Source of the DNA: Lobosporangium transversale
Lineage: Eukaryota
NCBI RefSeq assembly: GCF_002105155.1
Contig: NW_019028996.1
Location: forward strand, 1-64,000
DNA length: 64,000 bases
Direction of reading: 5' to 3'
Positions 51,850-64,000 of this stretch are shown here, in pieces; position 1 is the first letter of the stretch; the number at the start of each line of letters is the position of its first letter. A program made the translations under genes and the position numbers. The notes beneath the pieces were generated by a model, which saw only the letters and a list, made by a program, of their open reading frames with translations, was not told the DNA's origin and ran no database searches.

Positions 51850-53291
51850 TGGTCTGCTTATCTTCCTGTTTATCAATCATACTAAGAGGCTTTTTGCATC
51901 CTACAATCGCATTAATTGCTTTTTGAACTTAACGATCAATTGACAGCGGTAAATAACTTTTATGTATTTTTAATCCTTAACAATCTACAATGCAATAACA
52001 TTAAAAACGCCTTTTATTACTAGGTATTTACCCCTGCATTTTACATTAATCGTAGGAATGTTGGATTGCAATATCAAAAGGCGCTAAAGTAGTTTTGGCA
52101 GGAGATCACTTGCAATTACCACCAACAATCATTTCAGAGGGCATCAGTCTCTCGTCCATCCTAGCAGCGGAGACTCTCTCACTTACAAAGGAGCTTAAAT
52201 TACAGAGGGATAGGGCTGTTAGAGTAGGGGCATCTGCCTCCTTTGAGGTTCCTGCATTAGATATTGAGAAAATTGCAAAGGATAGCGATTATTCATCATT
52301 TTTGCTTTCAACTACAATGTTTGCTCGACTACTGGGCTGCTTCCCAAAGGATGACTCTAAGCTAATCAAAAGGACACTCGTTATACAGTACCGGATGCAC
52401 GAGGATATCATGACTTTCTCAAGTCAAAAACTGTATCAAAATTTGTTGATCGCGGACGAATCATGTCGCAAGTGGCTACTGAAAGATTTACCAGAGGTGA
52501 AGAGACTGAGGGTGTCATCTGACGAAGAAAAAGACACAGATCATGCGCTCGTTTTCCTAGATACCAGTATGGCAGGTATGCCTGAAGAGACCGAAAATCA
52601 AGAGAACAGCGGTGCGACTGCTTCCTCTCCCAGTAGTGGTATAGATGATAGTAAGCTCAATCGAGGTGAAGCTGCGACTGTGGTAGACTATGTCAGGAGC
52701 CTAATTCATTCTGGGGTTTCTGCTAAAGATATTGCCATCATTACACCCTATAGTGCTCAGGTGAGAAAATGCAGTAATGTGATCCACCTTCCTGTCATTA
52801 TTATTACTACTATAAATGACATTAATGTCACTATAACCCGGTATCTGCATAGAATGCCTTGTTGCGGCAGCTGCTTAGAGATGACTACCCTGATATTGAG
52901 ATAGGAACCGTGGATGGCTTCCAGGGTCGTGAGAAACAAGCGGTCATATTGACACTTGTTCGTTCCAATGACTCTGGAGACGTCGGATTTCTCTCTGACA
53001 GAAGACGACTTAACGGTACACAGAGCAGTTGCTCTTGAAATGTCTATGGTTATGCAGACTAGCGATAGGCGGCTGCAGATGTCTGTTTAAGTAAAAAAAG
53101 GAGCTATATTTCTCATCATATGTTTGTCTTTTTATTTTCTCTTGCTGTATCCTACTTTAGTGGCCATGACGCGTTCTAAGAGACAGTTGTGTGTAGTTGG
53201 AGATTCCGAGACTCTAGGCAAGAAGGACGCGTTTCTCAAGGCATGGATGGAATTCCTTAGTGATCATGCAGATGTCCGTTACATTGACTGA
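50053..53291 (+). CDS. HCS1: Upf1-like SF1 helicase Hcs1/IGHMBP2 (multi-exon, including a 2-nt microexon)
   Basis: [55 protein letters not shown](A)[44 protein letters not shown]; stop TGA at 53289-53291. Confidence 0.92.
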
Positions 53292-53653
53292 TAAAAAGGA
53301 CAAATGTTACGTTATTAAAATATTAAAATAAAATAAAAGGTTGGAAAAGTGGGGTTGATTCTCTTTTTTTTTTTTTTGCATTTACTCCCAAAATAATGGC
53401 TATCCCGGTAAAAGGGCGAGCCGCCCCGAATCCTCATTGTTCTGATTGTTGATGTATTTACTGATGGAGGCTAAGGTAGAGGGGTTAAAGAAGAAGGCAT
53501 TGATGGATAGTGAGCATTTGAAGTTAGACACACCATGCAAAGGATTCTGAACGGCTACCCATCTTCAAATGTACCAGGTTATATACTAGTTCACTTTCTT
53601 GGCAAAGCAGGAATCATGAACTCAGGTCTTATACCAGTCTCTGGAATTCACAG

Positions 53654-53657
<4 letters not shown>

Positions 53658-53711
<54 letters not shown>
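53658..53711. repeat. (ATT)x18 microsatellite
   Basis: Perfect trinucleotide run read directly from the sequence. Confidence 0.95.
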
Positions 53712-56685
53712 TCATCCTACTACGGACTTCTGAACGTCAGAAATCTATGCACAAGTACTGAAGCTTCTATAAAATGGGATAGGTGCAAAACATTAAAAAG
53801 GTGTGCGGAGGAAAAGTAAGCCTAAAGCGCTATTTCATTGAAATTTGTCAGCCATTAAAATAAATAAATAAGCAAAAGACTTGAATGGGAACAGTCTGCG
53901 TTCCCAATAGCTCGTCACTGTTGTGTGAATAGCGGATATGGATTGTTAGCATGGTGCGTAATGGATCATATACCCTCTTGATACTTGAATGGGTAAAGAA
54001 GCCTGAATATGCAGGCACCTAGGGAAAGGCAAGCCCTGGATGTCCTTTGTGCAAGCCATGCGGATGCAAAAGGCAAAAGTGGGAAATAAAGATAACAAAT
54101 TAAAGCAATAGTGGATCCAATACACAATGAAGACCACACAAACGCACATCAGTTTTTTTTTTCTTTTTTTTTTTCGCTTCTGCAAGGATAAGGGCCAAGG
54201 GTGGGAGTGCTTTGGTACTTTGTTGCATTGTTTGGCAAATATCTAACTTTAGCAAAGGAATGGTGTTCGTGAGGGTGGCATGCATATCCTAAACAGCTCA
54301 GTCTGCGAAAATAAAATGATCCCTTTTACCTAAAGCTCTTTATCTCCCTATTTCATGCCCTCTTCGGTGTTCATGTTTCTCCCCTTTGTTATTATCCGGC
54401 TGATTATTCATGCTCTTTCTTTCTTTTTTCTTTTTTTTCCTTTTGTTTTGTTTTTTTGTTTGACTCTCTGTCTTGTCTGCTTTATCCCTTCATCATCGCT
54501 TTTCCAAACCCTCTTTCCATATTTTCAACCTTCACCTTCCCCTCTCTCCATCTCTCTTTATATAGATATAAGCACTTCTTTCTCTTCCTTTCCTCCGCTT
54601 CGCTGTAGGCCTTCTTGATGTTTCTTTCAACTGCTTATTCATTGTCTTTATAATTTTAGCCTGTCAGCTCAGCATCGATTTTTATCTCCAATCTCCTCTC
54701 CCTTGTTGTGCGACGTTAAACAAAGTTTTTTTCTTAGTCTCCAATCCCAGCTCCGCACAGCCACGCGCGCACGACCCGGCAAAAGCCACGAAGCGCGTCG
54801 TTTTATTTCATTTTTAATATTCATACTTAGAACTACTTTTTATAACAAAGGTAACAAAAAAAAAAAGACGCGTATCTGCCTTCATCGTATTGCTGCTGCT
54901 GCTGCCTTTAGGGCCGCCCCAACATCCCTGCTAATGGGTATATTCATAAATAGGGCAGGATAGGATAATCATTAGTTGCACTTGTCCATCTCTTTGGGAG
55001 GGGTTTTCTATTCGGTGTTTCTTGTATTGTTGAATGCATGAATCACACACATCACTCGCGATTTGTTACTGACTGGAATGAAGGCGATTAAAATGCCATA
55101 CTAAACACTAATAATGCAAACAAACTTGGCAGGGCAGAGTGTGGAATCTTTTAAGAAAATACGGCAACCCACAAGGATGAAGTCATTCCCATCCTTTCAG
55201 CATTATTTTACTAGTGCACTCGCCTCACCGAACCTCAAACAAGTAAAAAAAAAAAAAAAAAATGGGAGGAGAGAGATACAGAAAGAAAAAAGGCGTGCAC
55301 AATCTCTTCAGATGATCCTTTGTGGTTTATGTTACACTGTGGCTGCCTCCGCATTTTATTTCTTTCTTTGTCCTTTCTTGTTACTCCTCCTTTTGGTTCT
55401 TAAAAGAGTATGAACCAAATCCAATCCACTCCAATCCAGTCTAATTCAATCGAAACCACTACTCACTAGTTTTATTCATCTATTTATTTTTGAGCTTCAC
55501 GGCAGAAAAGAGCACTGTTGTCATGGCTCTTCGCTTATACTTCATCATGTAAATCATTGAGTGAAGCACATGTTGGTTTTTTTCTTCTTTCGTTCTTGTC
55601 TTTCTGTTTACTCTGCTACACGGCTCCGCTTACTCCGCTTCTGCTGCACAGCTACATTGCTATAAAAACGCACGGCCACTCTCACATTCACACTTCACAT
55701 GTAATGCGACACACGCACACACAGACAAGAAAAGATGAATGATCAATGAGTTACACGCCTTCTCCTTTTTTTTCGGTTAGCATGATCTGAATGCCCTTTG
55801 TTGTCACCCATCCCTTCTTTTCCACCTCATCTCCATTAGAATTATGTTATTTCTTACCAGGTCTTCTTCCCGCTGTGTTTGAATGTGCTCGCGTTCGTTG
55901 CATGCCCCATATTCTTGTTCTTCTGTCCCATCCTATTCCATCTCCTAGCCCTGGCGTATTTGCACCTGCCCTCTCTCTCGCACCTATCTTTATCTCCCCG
56001 TTACCATTTCTATCCCTGCCATTGGGTCAAAGTCATCGCCATTGTGGTAAACAAGGGCATTTCTGGGAGTATGAAGAAAAAAAAGAAACAGTATTGAGCT
56101 GAAGATTCCCACTCTTTCCTTTCGGATTCTCATTCACTCTTGCTTTTTCTTTCTGTCTCCCAATCACCAATCATATATATCACATATTGCATAAAGCTTT
56201 CTATATTTGTTTTTTGAACAGAAAAAGAAAGATATGTCATTGTCCTTCATCTTTTCCAGTGTTCCTGATTGACCCATTAGCTTTTTTTTTTTTTTTTTTA
56301 CTCTTCTCTTCTGCATTGACACACAGACCAAGATAGAAGAACACCGAACACCTGAACATCCCTCTTTCTTTTGGTTCTTTGTCACACCATCGCATTATTA
56401 ACCATCATATCAAGGCATAATTGTCTTCAAGCAGAAACGTGAGTTATTCATTCTTTCTTATTTCCTCTTCCTCTTCATCACTCGCTTTCTGTTGAGATCT
56501 ACTTTCCTCTTTAGTTTTTTTTTTTTTTTGAAAAAAATTGACAGCGTCTTTTCTTCATCATTCCTTTATTCATACTTATCATTCTATTCTTCCCCATCTT
56601 GGTAACATTTGCCTGCTATTTTCTTTTAGATTTAAAAATCTTCATTATTACATTCCATTGAACACACAGCCTCTTCCGTGATAGG

Positions 56686-58774
56686 ATGCCTTCCATACCA
56701 GAACTACCATTGGAGATCTGGTTTCAGATCTTGAACCAAGCTCTTAATACGCTCTTGCCAATGGCTACGACGCCTCAATACTATTCAACCTATATCTTGC
56801 CCTTACTTTTGACTTCGCGTACCTTCCATGAGCATTGCCACCCAGTGACATATCCACATTTCCGAAAACATAAACTCCTTCGACTATTCACAAAATGGAA
56901 GGCAGCTCACTCCAGAGAGGTTCACTTTTATCATCACCCTGTGAGGAACCATGTCCGGTACGCTTTACCGGATCGCGTCGGTAACCCCCCTGGTGAAGAA
57001 TACGAGACACTTTATAGTTTCATCAAACGCGCCTACCTCTTTGGATGCGAAAGCGTATGTGGCACAGTGATTCCGGTCGAGGGTGGCTTGGAAGCTCCTT
57101 CCTTGGCACCACCCTCTGCGCCCACTACGGCAGTACCACCGCCAGTCCTCCCGTCTCAAGAGAATGATAATGTAGGATCCACAAATCTTGTTACAAATAA
57201 CACTAATCCAAATATTGGTAATGGATCTAACACTGGTAAGGGGCTTTTTTTTTTTTTTCCTAGAAATTTTTTTATTTGTGTTAAGTCTAATTGACTAATT
57301 GTACATGTACACTTGAATAGGGAACGTTGTCATCGCTCCTCCTCCAGCACAAGCGACTGCACCAGCTGCTACACATCAAGGTGTTGAGGGTAGTGGACAA
57401 AGCTGGAAGAACCATGCTCTGCAATGGCATGTAGCCAACCCAACATTTGCGGCCGAAGGAACCATTGAGCTTTATCGAGATGTTGTGGAGGACTATAGAC
57501 GGGTCGTCTGCGGTAATATTGCTGCAAGGGAGAGGAATCGTGAGATTGAAGGAGTCATGGACATGATGAAGAACTCGCGCCGATACTCAGAACATCGAAA
57601 AAAAGAGCTTCAACGACCTCAGCAAGAAGAAACAAGACATTTGCAGCAGCAACCTTTCGAGACTCATGAGGTCGAGGGCGAGGAGGAAGAGGCGGGAGAA
57701 TATGAAATGATGGAACGAAATGAGTACGAGCTCTTGTCTGAAATCGAAGCCAAAGGTGGTCTTCGAAGACGGGACAGTGGACATGGCCAATCTTCATCCG
57801 AAATGGATGTCGATGAGGATGATTTGGATGAGGATTACATGATGGCTGTAGATCAGGAACAAATGATAGGTCATCTTGAACTTGCTCAGTCACGATCAGT
57901 TATAGGCTATCGGCTGGAGAACAACACTTGCCATTATCATGGACAGCCAAACCAAAAAATGGAACGATCTTTGTCAACTAGTGAACAGGAGCGACCCATT
58001 ATGGAGATGGCTCCAGACAAATCTCATAATCTTGCGTGCTCTAGATCACTTTCCTCATCATCAACATCCTCTTCCTCTTCCTCTTCCTCCTCTTCCTCTT
58101 CCTCTTCTTCTTCCTCTTCTACCTCTTCTACATCCCCCTTGTCTTCGTCAACCACCTCAGCATTGGGTTTCACACGTACAAGTACGTCGTTGAGTTGTCC
58201 TACTAGAAAGAACCGTGAGACTGGTGCCCACAGTCGATCCAGGTCTGCGCTCGCATGTCTTCAACGTAGCCATTCCAGTCCAGGCATAGCGGTTTCTGGC
58301 CGAATGTCCAGTCGATTTCAATATGGTAGTGCAAGAGCACTTGAGAACCTTTCGGCAACACCATTAGCAAATGATTTATTGAATCAGTCTTCCAGTAACT
58401 TTCCCAAGGCTTCAAGCAGCACCTCGACATCATCATCAACACCAACGACTGCACCATGGCAGACATCTCCTCAACAACAATCACAATCACGGCCATTGAG
58501 GGCTGAAGACTTGGATTTTGATTTAGCTTCAGCTTGCGCCAACACCTTTGCTTCTGATCTAGCGTTTGTATTGGCACGTGTTCCTGGATTGGGTGCACAT
58601 TTCCATCGATTCGAACAGCTTGCTAAGCTGAAATTGCATGTTGGTTGGGCCAAACATGCACAGAGCCGTGGTGGGAATGATGTCTTTGTGATGAGTTGTT
58701 CTCGCTTAATAAGTCTCCTAGCCCCATTAGCCAATACTCCCTTGGTTAGCGAACGTGAACATAATAGAGGTTAA
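56686..58774 (+). CDS. Hypothetical protein with N-terminal F-box-like motif and long Ser-rich region
   Basis: MPSIPELPLEIWFQIL resembles an F-box start. An intron at ~57236-57320 joins the two ORFs, and there is a probable 5'-UTR intron at 56439-56629 (GTGAGT...TTTTAG). Confidence 0.58.
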
Positions 58775-59105
58775 AAAAAAAAAAAAAAAAAAAAAAAGTA
58801 TTTGACTTAAGAGAAAATAATAATAATAAAAAAGTAAAAAAAAAATAATAAAAAGATATTGTGTTGTTGCTTATCATCTTATCCTCATCAAAGGAAAAAG
58901 CCTCTTTTTTGTTAAACGCTCATTAATGGATGGTAAGGATAGCAAAAAGAATAATTCGAAGCTGGGTCCGTGTGTCTATTGCGCAGTTGAGTTAATTCGC
59001 GTTTTTTTTTTTCTATGTTTATTCTTCTAGATTTCTAGATGTTTTTTTATCCCTTTCACCTCCACCTCATTTGTGCTTGTTAAGAGGACATTTACAATGA
59101 TCAGT

Positions 59106-60319
59106 TCATTTTGGCGAGAGAGCGCTGCTTGAAATGCCATACCACAGACTCAAGCCACCAGCAAGGTGCCAATAGGAATGGCCACAGAACAAACGGAGTC
59201 GATCAGCAGCAAACATGGAGAGGCCCACCAATCCAAAAGCCAGCCCTGCCCATGATTCATGTGCAACAAATCCCCAGACGGAAGCTGGGATCATGAGGAT
59301 CATGAGAAGCAACGATAGCATGGCGGTTCTTCTCCATGAAAAGAGAAATAGTGTGACCATACATGTACTCATGATATATGGAGTCCAATACCAATGAACG
59401 ATTGTTGAGATGAGGTCTGGAAGCATCAAAGCATAAGGGTCAGGTAAGGATCGGAGTAAAGAGATAGTGTTGGTATAGAACATGATAGTCGCAAAGCAAG
59501 CGTCGAGCGAAGAAAAAAGCTTATAGAGGGTAGCATGGTATAATGTCGACGTGAGTGCAGTTACAACAGCAAGGAAGATGGCAAAATGAGTGGCATGGAT
59601 ATCTGGTGCAGACCATCGAAAAGCGGGGTCCAAGTACAAAAGAACAGGTAGTGCAAAGAACGGCGAACTAATAGTACAATAAAATTCAGCTATGATTCAA
59701 ATAAAAAGATGGTGTTAGTTTAGGGAGGAAAAAACACTCTCTGTACATAGTCTGTTTAAAGAAATGCAGGAAAAAGCAATCAAAATATCAACATACCAGC
59801 CCAGTGGACAGTTGCGTATTTCTTCTCCAAAGTAACAACAGTGGCCTTGGTGAAAAGTTGCCTCTTGAGTGGTAAATTTGTTGCCTCCTTCTCAATGACA
59901 TGACTCCGGTGATGACAGTGATGATGATGGTGGTGATGATGTTGACCATTAGAATGATAATGGAGCCGTTCATCTTGGCCAGCCTTTGTGATCACTCGTG
60001 AGAGCCAAGCTAATGGAGAGATATAAGCATCTTTGGAGTCTACGACCGATGTTGCTACCGCTGTAGATTCAGGACCATAGCTTGTAGTTGGTGACGATAA
60101 TGTGCTTGAGGCGTTATTGTTGATATATTTCGGGTCTATTTCATTGCCAATGACAAACCCATCTCTACTTGTCGTGGGATTGATAGCAATACTATTGGCG
60201 ACGGCAGCTAAAGCATCTGATCGAGACACAGTGCGGGAGGTGCGACGTCGTGAAATATTCAAGGGTTGGATTGGCAACTGAAGTGGCAGTACCTCTTGTT
60301 GAAGTTCAAAGGGTGGCAT
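59106..60319 (-). CDS. CREST-superfamily multi-TM hydrolase, alkaline ceramidase-like
   Basis: Spliced AEFYCTISS motif, plus SxxxH (STLYH), conserved Asp (SLDA) and HxxWH (HSYWH); several TM segments; one in-phase intron at ~59690-59797. Confidence 0.75.
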
Positions 60320-63300
60320 ATTTGAATATTGTCAATGGAAAGATAACAGTAAAATAGAGTGGAGAGTGGGATAATGACAGTTGGTCTATATTCAATAAAA
60401 AAAAATAATTCAGGAACAGGGGATAATTTAAAAAAAGCTTTTTTGAAATGATGTGTAAATCTGAGAGATGATGCGAATGAGAGAGATCCTGTTCTCTCTT
60501 TCTTTCTGTCTCACTGCCTCTTTTATGAATGAATGCTCATTGCGTGCATCAACACGTTGTCTGAAAACAAAAAAGATGAGCGGAAGGCTAGAAAATGAAG
60601 CTCTACCAACAAACAGCGAGCATAAGCTTATTGACACTAAATTTAGACGAAAAGATAATTTAAAAGAGTGAAAAAAGGGCAGTGCTGACCGTGGACATCG
60701 ATTATGATGGATGAAGAGAGAAGTAGGGGAGAGAAATAGGGGAGTAAGGGGTGGAGAGAAGGGAGTGCAAAGTGAAAAGAGAGGAGGACAAGTCTTTTTT
60801 TCAAAAGAGAGAGAAAAGATGTTCAAGTTGAGGAAAGTCAAGAGATTAAGCACAGAAAACCTTATTATGATTTATGATAAAACGATGGTCTATGGTTCAA
60901 TCTTATACATGTGCATTTATACTAAAGCTTTTTATGGTTAATAGACTCTCTAGTTCTAGACTAATATTTATGCAAAGCCACTCTCGAATAGATGAGGGCC
61001 ATGTTGTCTGTTTGACCGCTCGCACTGGTTGTTCTTCAGGCTGTGTTTCTCTCCGGGCATATCACTTCTCGCTATTGCCATTGCTAGCTTTATTTATTTG
61101 GGGCAAACGGTTGGAAGAGCACCCGATCGTTGATATTGGGGCTTTTGCAACGATGCACACACAAAAATGATTTGGACTTCCACTGGAGGACTACAGAAAC
61201 AAATACAAACAATGGGACAGATCTTTTACATGGATGTCAACGACAAAGGGGAAGGAGAAGCAAGCGTTATGTTGATTGCAGGAAACTTGATGGGAAGCAT
61301 TCAAGCTTGTCAGTTTTCCTTTTTTCCCCCCTCAAAAAGAGAAAGCTATAACAAGACTCAAGTGAGGGCTTGCTTCTCGTAAGGCATATTGATAGACTGT
61401 GTACAAACGAATGAGAAGGACAAGAAAGGTAGGGTGAAGTTTGGCCAATAGGAAAGAGGCACTTTTTCCAAGATACAAACCCATGTATATAGTTTATCTA
61501 AATTAAACGTTTGCCTGGTGTTACAATTAATTTAGAGGATTGCACACCCAGGATATGGTTTGTCTTACTGGAAATACGATGACTAACTTTATCTCTTGTA
61601 ATCAAAATGTGACCCAGTATATAAATCTCATCAAAGGGTGCCTGGTTGAGGATCACACCAACAATGAGCCTCAGTTCATGGATATAGACCAGAGTATGGA
61701 ATACAGAAATATGAGTCTATGTACAACGCAGATATTGGGGCGAAGGTAGTCTGAATTACATTCATCTGCAATAATGCTTATTCTCGCTCTATACTCTTGA
61801 ATGCACTGGAATTCATGCCTTGTGATTAGTTTCTGGATATGATGAAAACGCATGACATAGTCAAATACAACCAGATCTTCAATTATACATATAACAACCT
61901 TTCCCTTCAGCATTTTTTTTGTCCCGCACGTTGGAATCCCGTCTTGATTCATCATTGCGTGGTTGTACACGAACGTTGAATTGCTGCATAAAAAAGTCTG
62001 TGAGCCTTTTTTTTAGTCTGTGGGCTGCCTTAGCACGCACGGGCTAGAAAATACATCTTGAAGCCTGAATGAAGAGAAGAAAGCAGCGAGAGGAAAAGAA
62101 TGTCGACTCTGCAAATCCTCCGCCTTGCTCATTCCAGACAATCAACGTCACCAACCGTGTCATCTCTAAACTACAGACTTGTCTGGACTCTTCCTTTTCT
62201 TTGTTGCATGATAGCCTCACCTCCTGAGCTCTTCTTGTTTTCTGTATACTCTACCGATTAATTCAAAAAAGCATCAAGAGTAGCCATAACCAGAGAAGAA
62301 AAGGAAAGAGTATATTCTTTATCCAACAGTTAAAAACCTGTTTGGCGCGACATGGCTTCATAATGCTACTCTGCTGAATCCTTTTCAAGGTGCAGTAGTA
62401 CAAAACCCAAAAAGAAAAATCTCTACAATTTTGAGTTTTCGTGGCTACTGACCAAATACATGTATATATATATGTATATATCATTCATTCAAGTCTTTGA
62501 TCTTACCGTGTCTTCTATATCTGTAAATTCATGTAGGCATGGGAGATCATCATTTTGTAGCCTTGCATGATTTTTTTGTATTTTTCTGAAAACTTCCCGC
62601 ATAATAAATGAGTGTCTGAGTTGACGAACGATTTTCAGGGGTCCCATCATGGGTCTTAAGGTTGATTCCTCAATCCAACGACAACGACGCGTGGCGCTTG
62701 GGGACAAACTCTAACATGCACGCCGCATGTCCTCAACACTATTCTCTTATCAAAACTCAATTACTGTACATGTTTGTCGCCTTTCTGTTTTGTGCTTTTG
62801 TGTGTGTATTTGTGTTTGCATATTGCAAGACGATTTGAAAACATTTTTTTTTTTTTTGTCTGCACGTTCACTGAAGGATCACTCCACCTTTTGTCTTCTC
62901 AATGTATCCGTAATTTGGAATAGTCACACGTCTTTACATAAAAATAAAAAACGAAGAAAGAAAAGATTCTGGAAGAAGAAAATAGAGCCTGAACACAATA
63001 CGAAAGAAGATGAGAAGATGAGAAGGAAGGGAGAAGGTTTATGCATAGCCTCTGCCTCTGCCATGCTACCACGTTACTCTTCTTTCAAAGAGTTTCTAAC
63101 AGCACAAAATGAAGATGTTTGCTATTAAGATGAAGCGTTACAAAGCACAAGCAACAACAGAAAAAAAGGGGTAGTAGGGAGGCAAGTGGCACTACAATAA
63201 ACACAGAAAAACTGTCTGAATGAACCAGTGCACGTTCCGCTGGGAGGTCGTAGACAGGAAAGGGGGAAAGGGAGAAAGGATGGGCCTGCTCTCATTCACC

Positions 63301-64000
63301 ATTGAACAGTACACTGAACAAAAGACAGGCGAGCCAAGTGTGTGGTACATTGCACCTTGGGCTTCAGTGCATGCATGCATTGCATGTAAATTTGGACAGG
63401 TGCGTGAAGTATAGAGAAATGAGACCAATGAACAAAAAACCCTCGAGGATCCAAACAAGAAACGAAAAGGATTTGGGAGAAATTGGGCTGTTCAAAGCCT
63501 CTTGCACCATGATTTCTTCTCCCTTTTCTTTCCTTCGGGTCATTAGTTGCACCGCTTTGTCCCTGAACTTTGCCAGTCACTTGTAAGGCATGGAATGCTT
63601 CTTTCTGCTCCAGAGTCATGGTTGAATAAAGGACGCAAAGGACCTCAGTTGTGCCTGAAAACAATGAGCAAGAGACCGTAATTGTAGTTAGGGATCACAC
63701 ACACTAGAAAGGAGATGCTCAACAATGAGTACAGACTCTAGTTATGCAGAAGTTGGACTGTAAACAAAGTTCTTTACGGGCCACAAAGGATACAAGTGTA
63801 CAAAATGGAAACGCGGGATATACTTTCCAGAATCAGCGAGACAACACCAAAAAGTCGGACCAGTCCACACAAAAAAGAGAAAAAAGAGCTCACTCCAGAT
63901 GTTTACCACAATCAATTATGGATTGAATTGCAAATATATACAAAAGTGCAGTGCGTGCATCAATGTAATTTCGAGCACTTTCCTACGACTCTTTTTTTTT

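Noticed and set aside
51974..51981. U12-type branch motif TCCTTAAC in an HCS1 intron
   Set aside because: The donor is GTAAAT, not RTATCCT, and the motif is ~75 nt from the used acceptor. No U12-type donor was seen at any modelled intron.
52018..52029. AG|GT recursive-splice-like site inside an HCS1 intron
   Set aside because: It would leave only a 32-nt second intron, much shorter than any other intron here.
60428..64000. Several 60-140 aa ORFs in the final 3.5 kb
   Set aside because: No recognisable motifs or consistent exon chain; an old relic cannot be excluded without a search.

Overview
Gene-dense, intron-rich eukaryotic DNA from an early-diverging fungus; a Mortierellaceae/Mucoromycota-like origin is inferred from the protein families, ~80-130 nt GT-AG introns and many long poly(A)/poly(T) tracts. 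Reading splice sites by hand gives 18 intact genes: importin-11, PEX2, BST1, DBP7, a DUF3712 membrane protein, DPP5, a RanBP3/Yrb2-like protein, DCAF11, an RNF115/126-like E3, a DUF676 lipase, a GH16 Utr2-like protein, MND1 (mostly missed by the ORF track), an Sfp-type PPTase, a GNAT, G-beta, an HCS1/IGHMBP2 helicase, an F-box-like protein and a CREST ceramidase-like protein. Two decayed relics are also present: a frameshifted XPG/FEN1-like PIN nuclease (~6.0-7.4 kb) and a SWIM-finger MULE-type transposase fragment (~23.7-25.0 kb). The most notable observations are the PIN nuclease relic, an apparently obligatory 2-nt microexon in HCS1, two GC-AG introns, and active-site substitutions in the GH16 and PPTase. 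No rRNA, tRNA or CRISPR array was recognised. All family calls come from motif recognition, not database searches.
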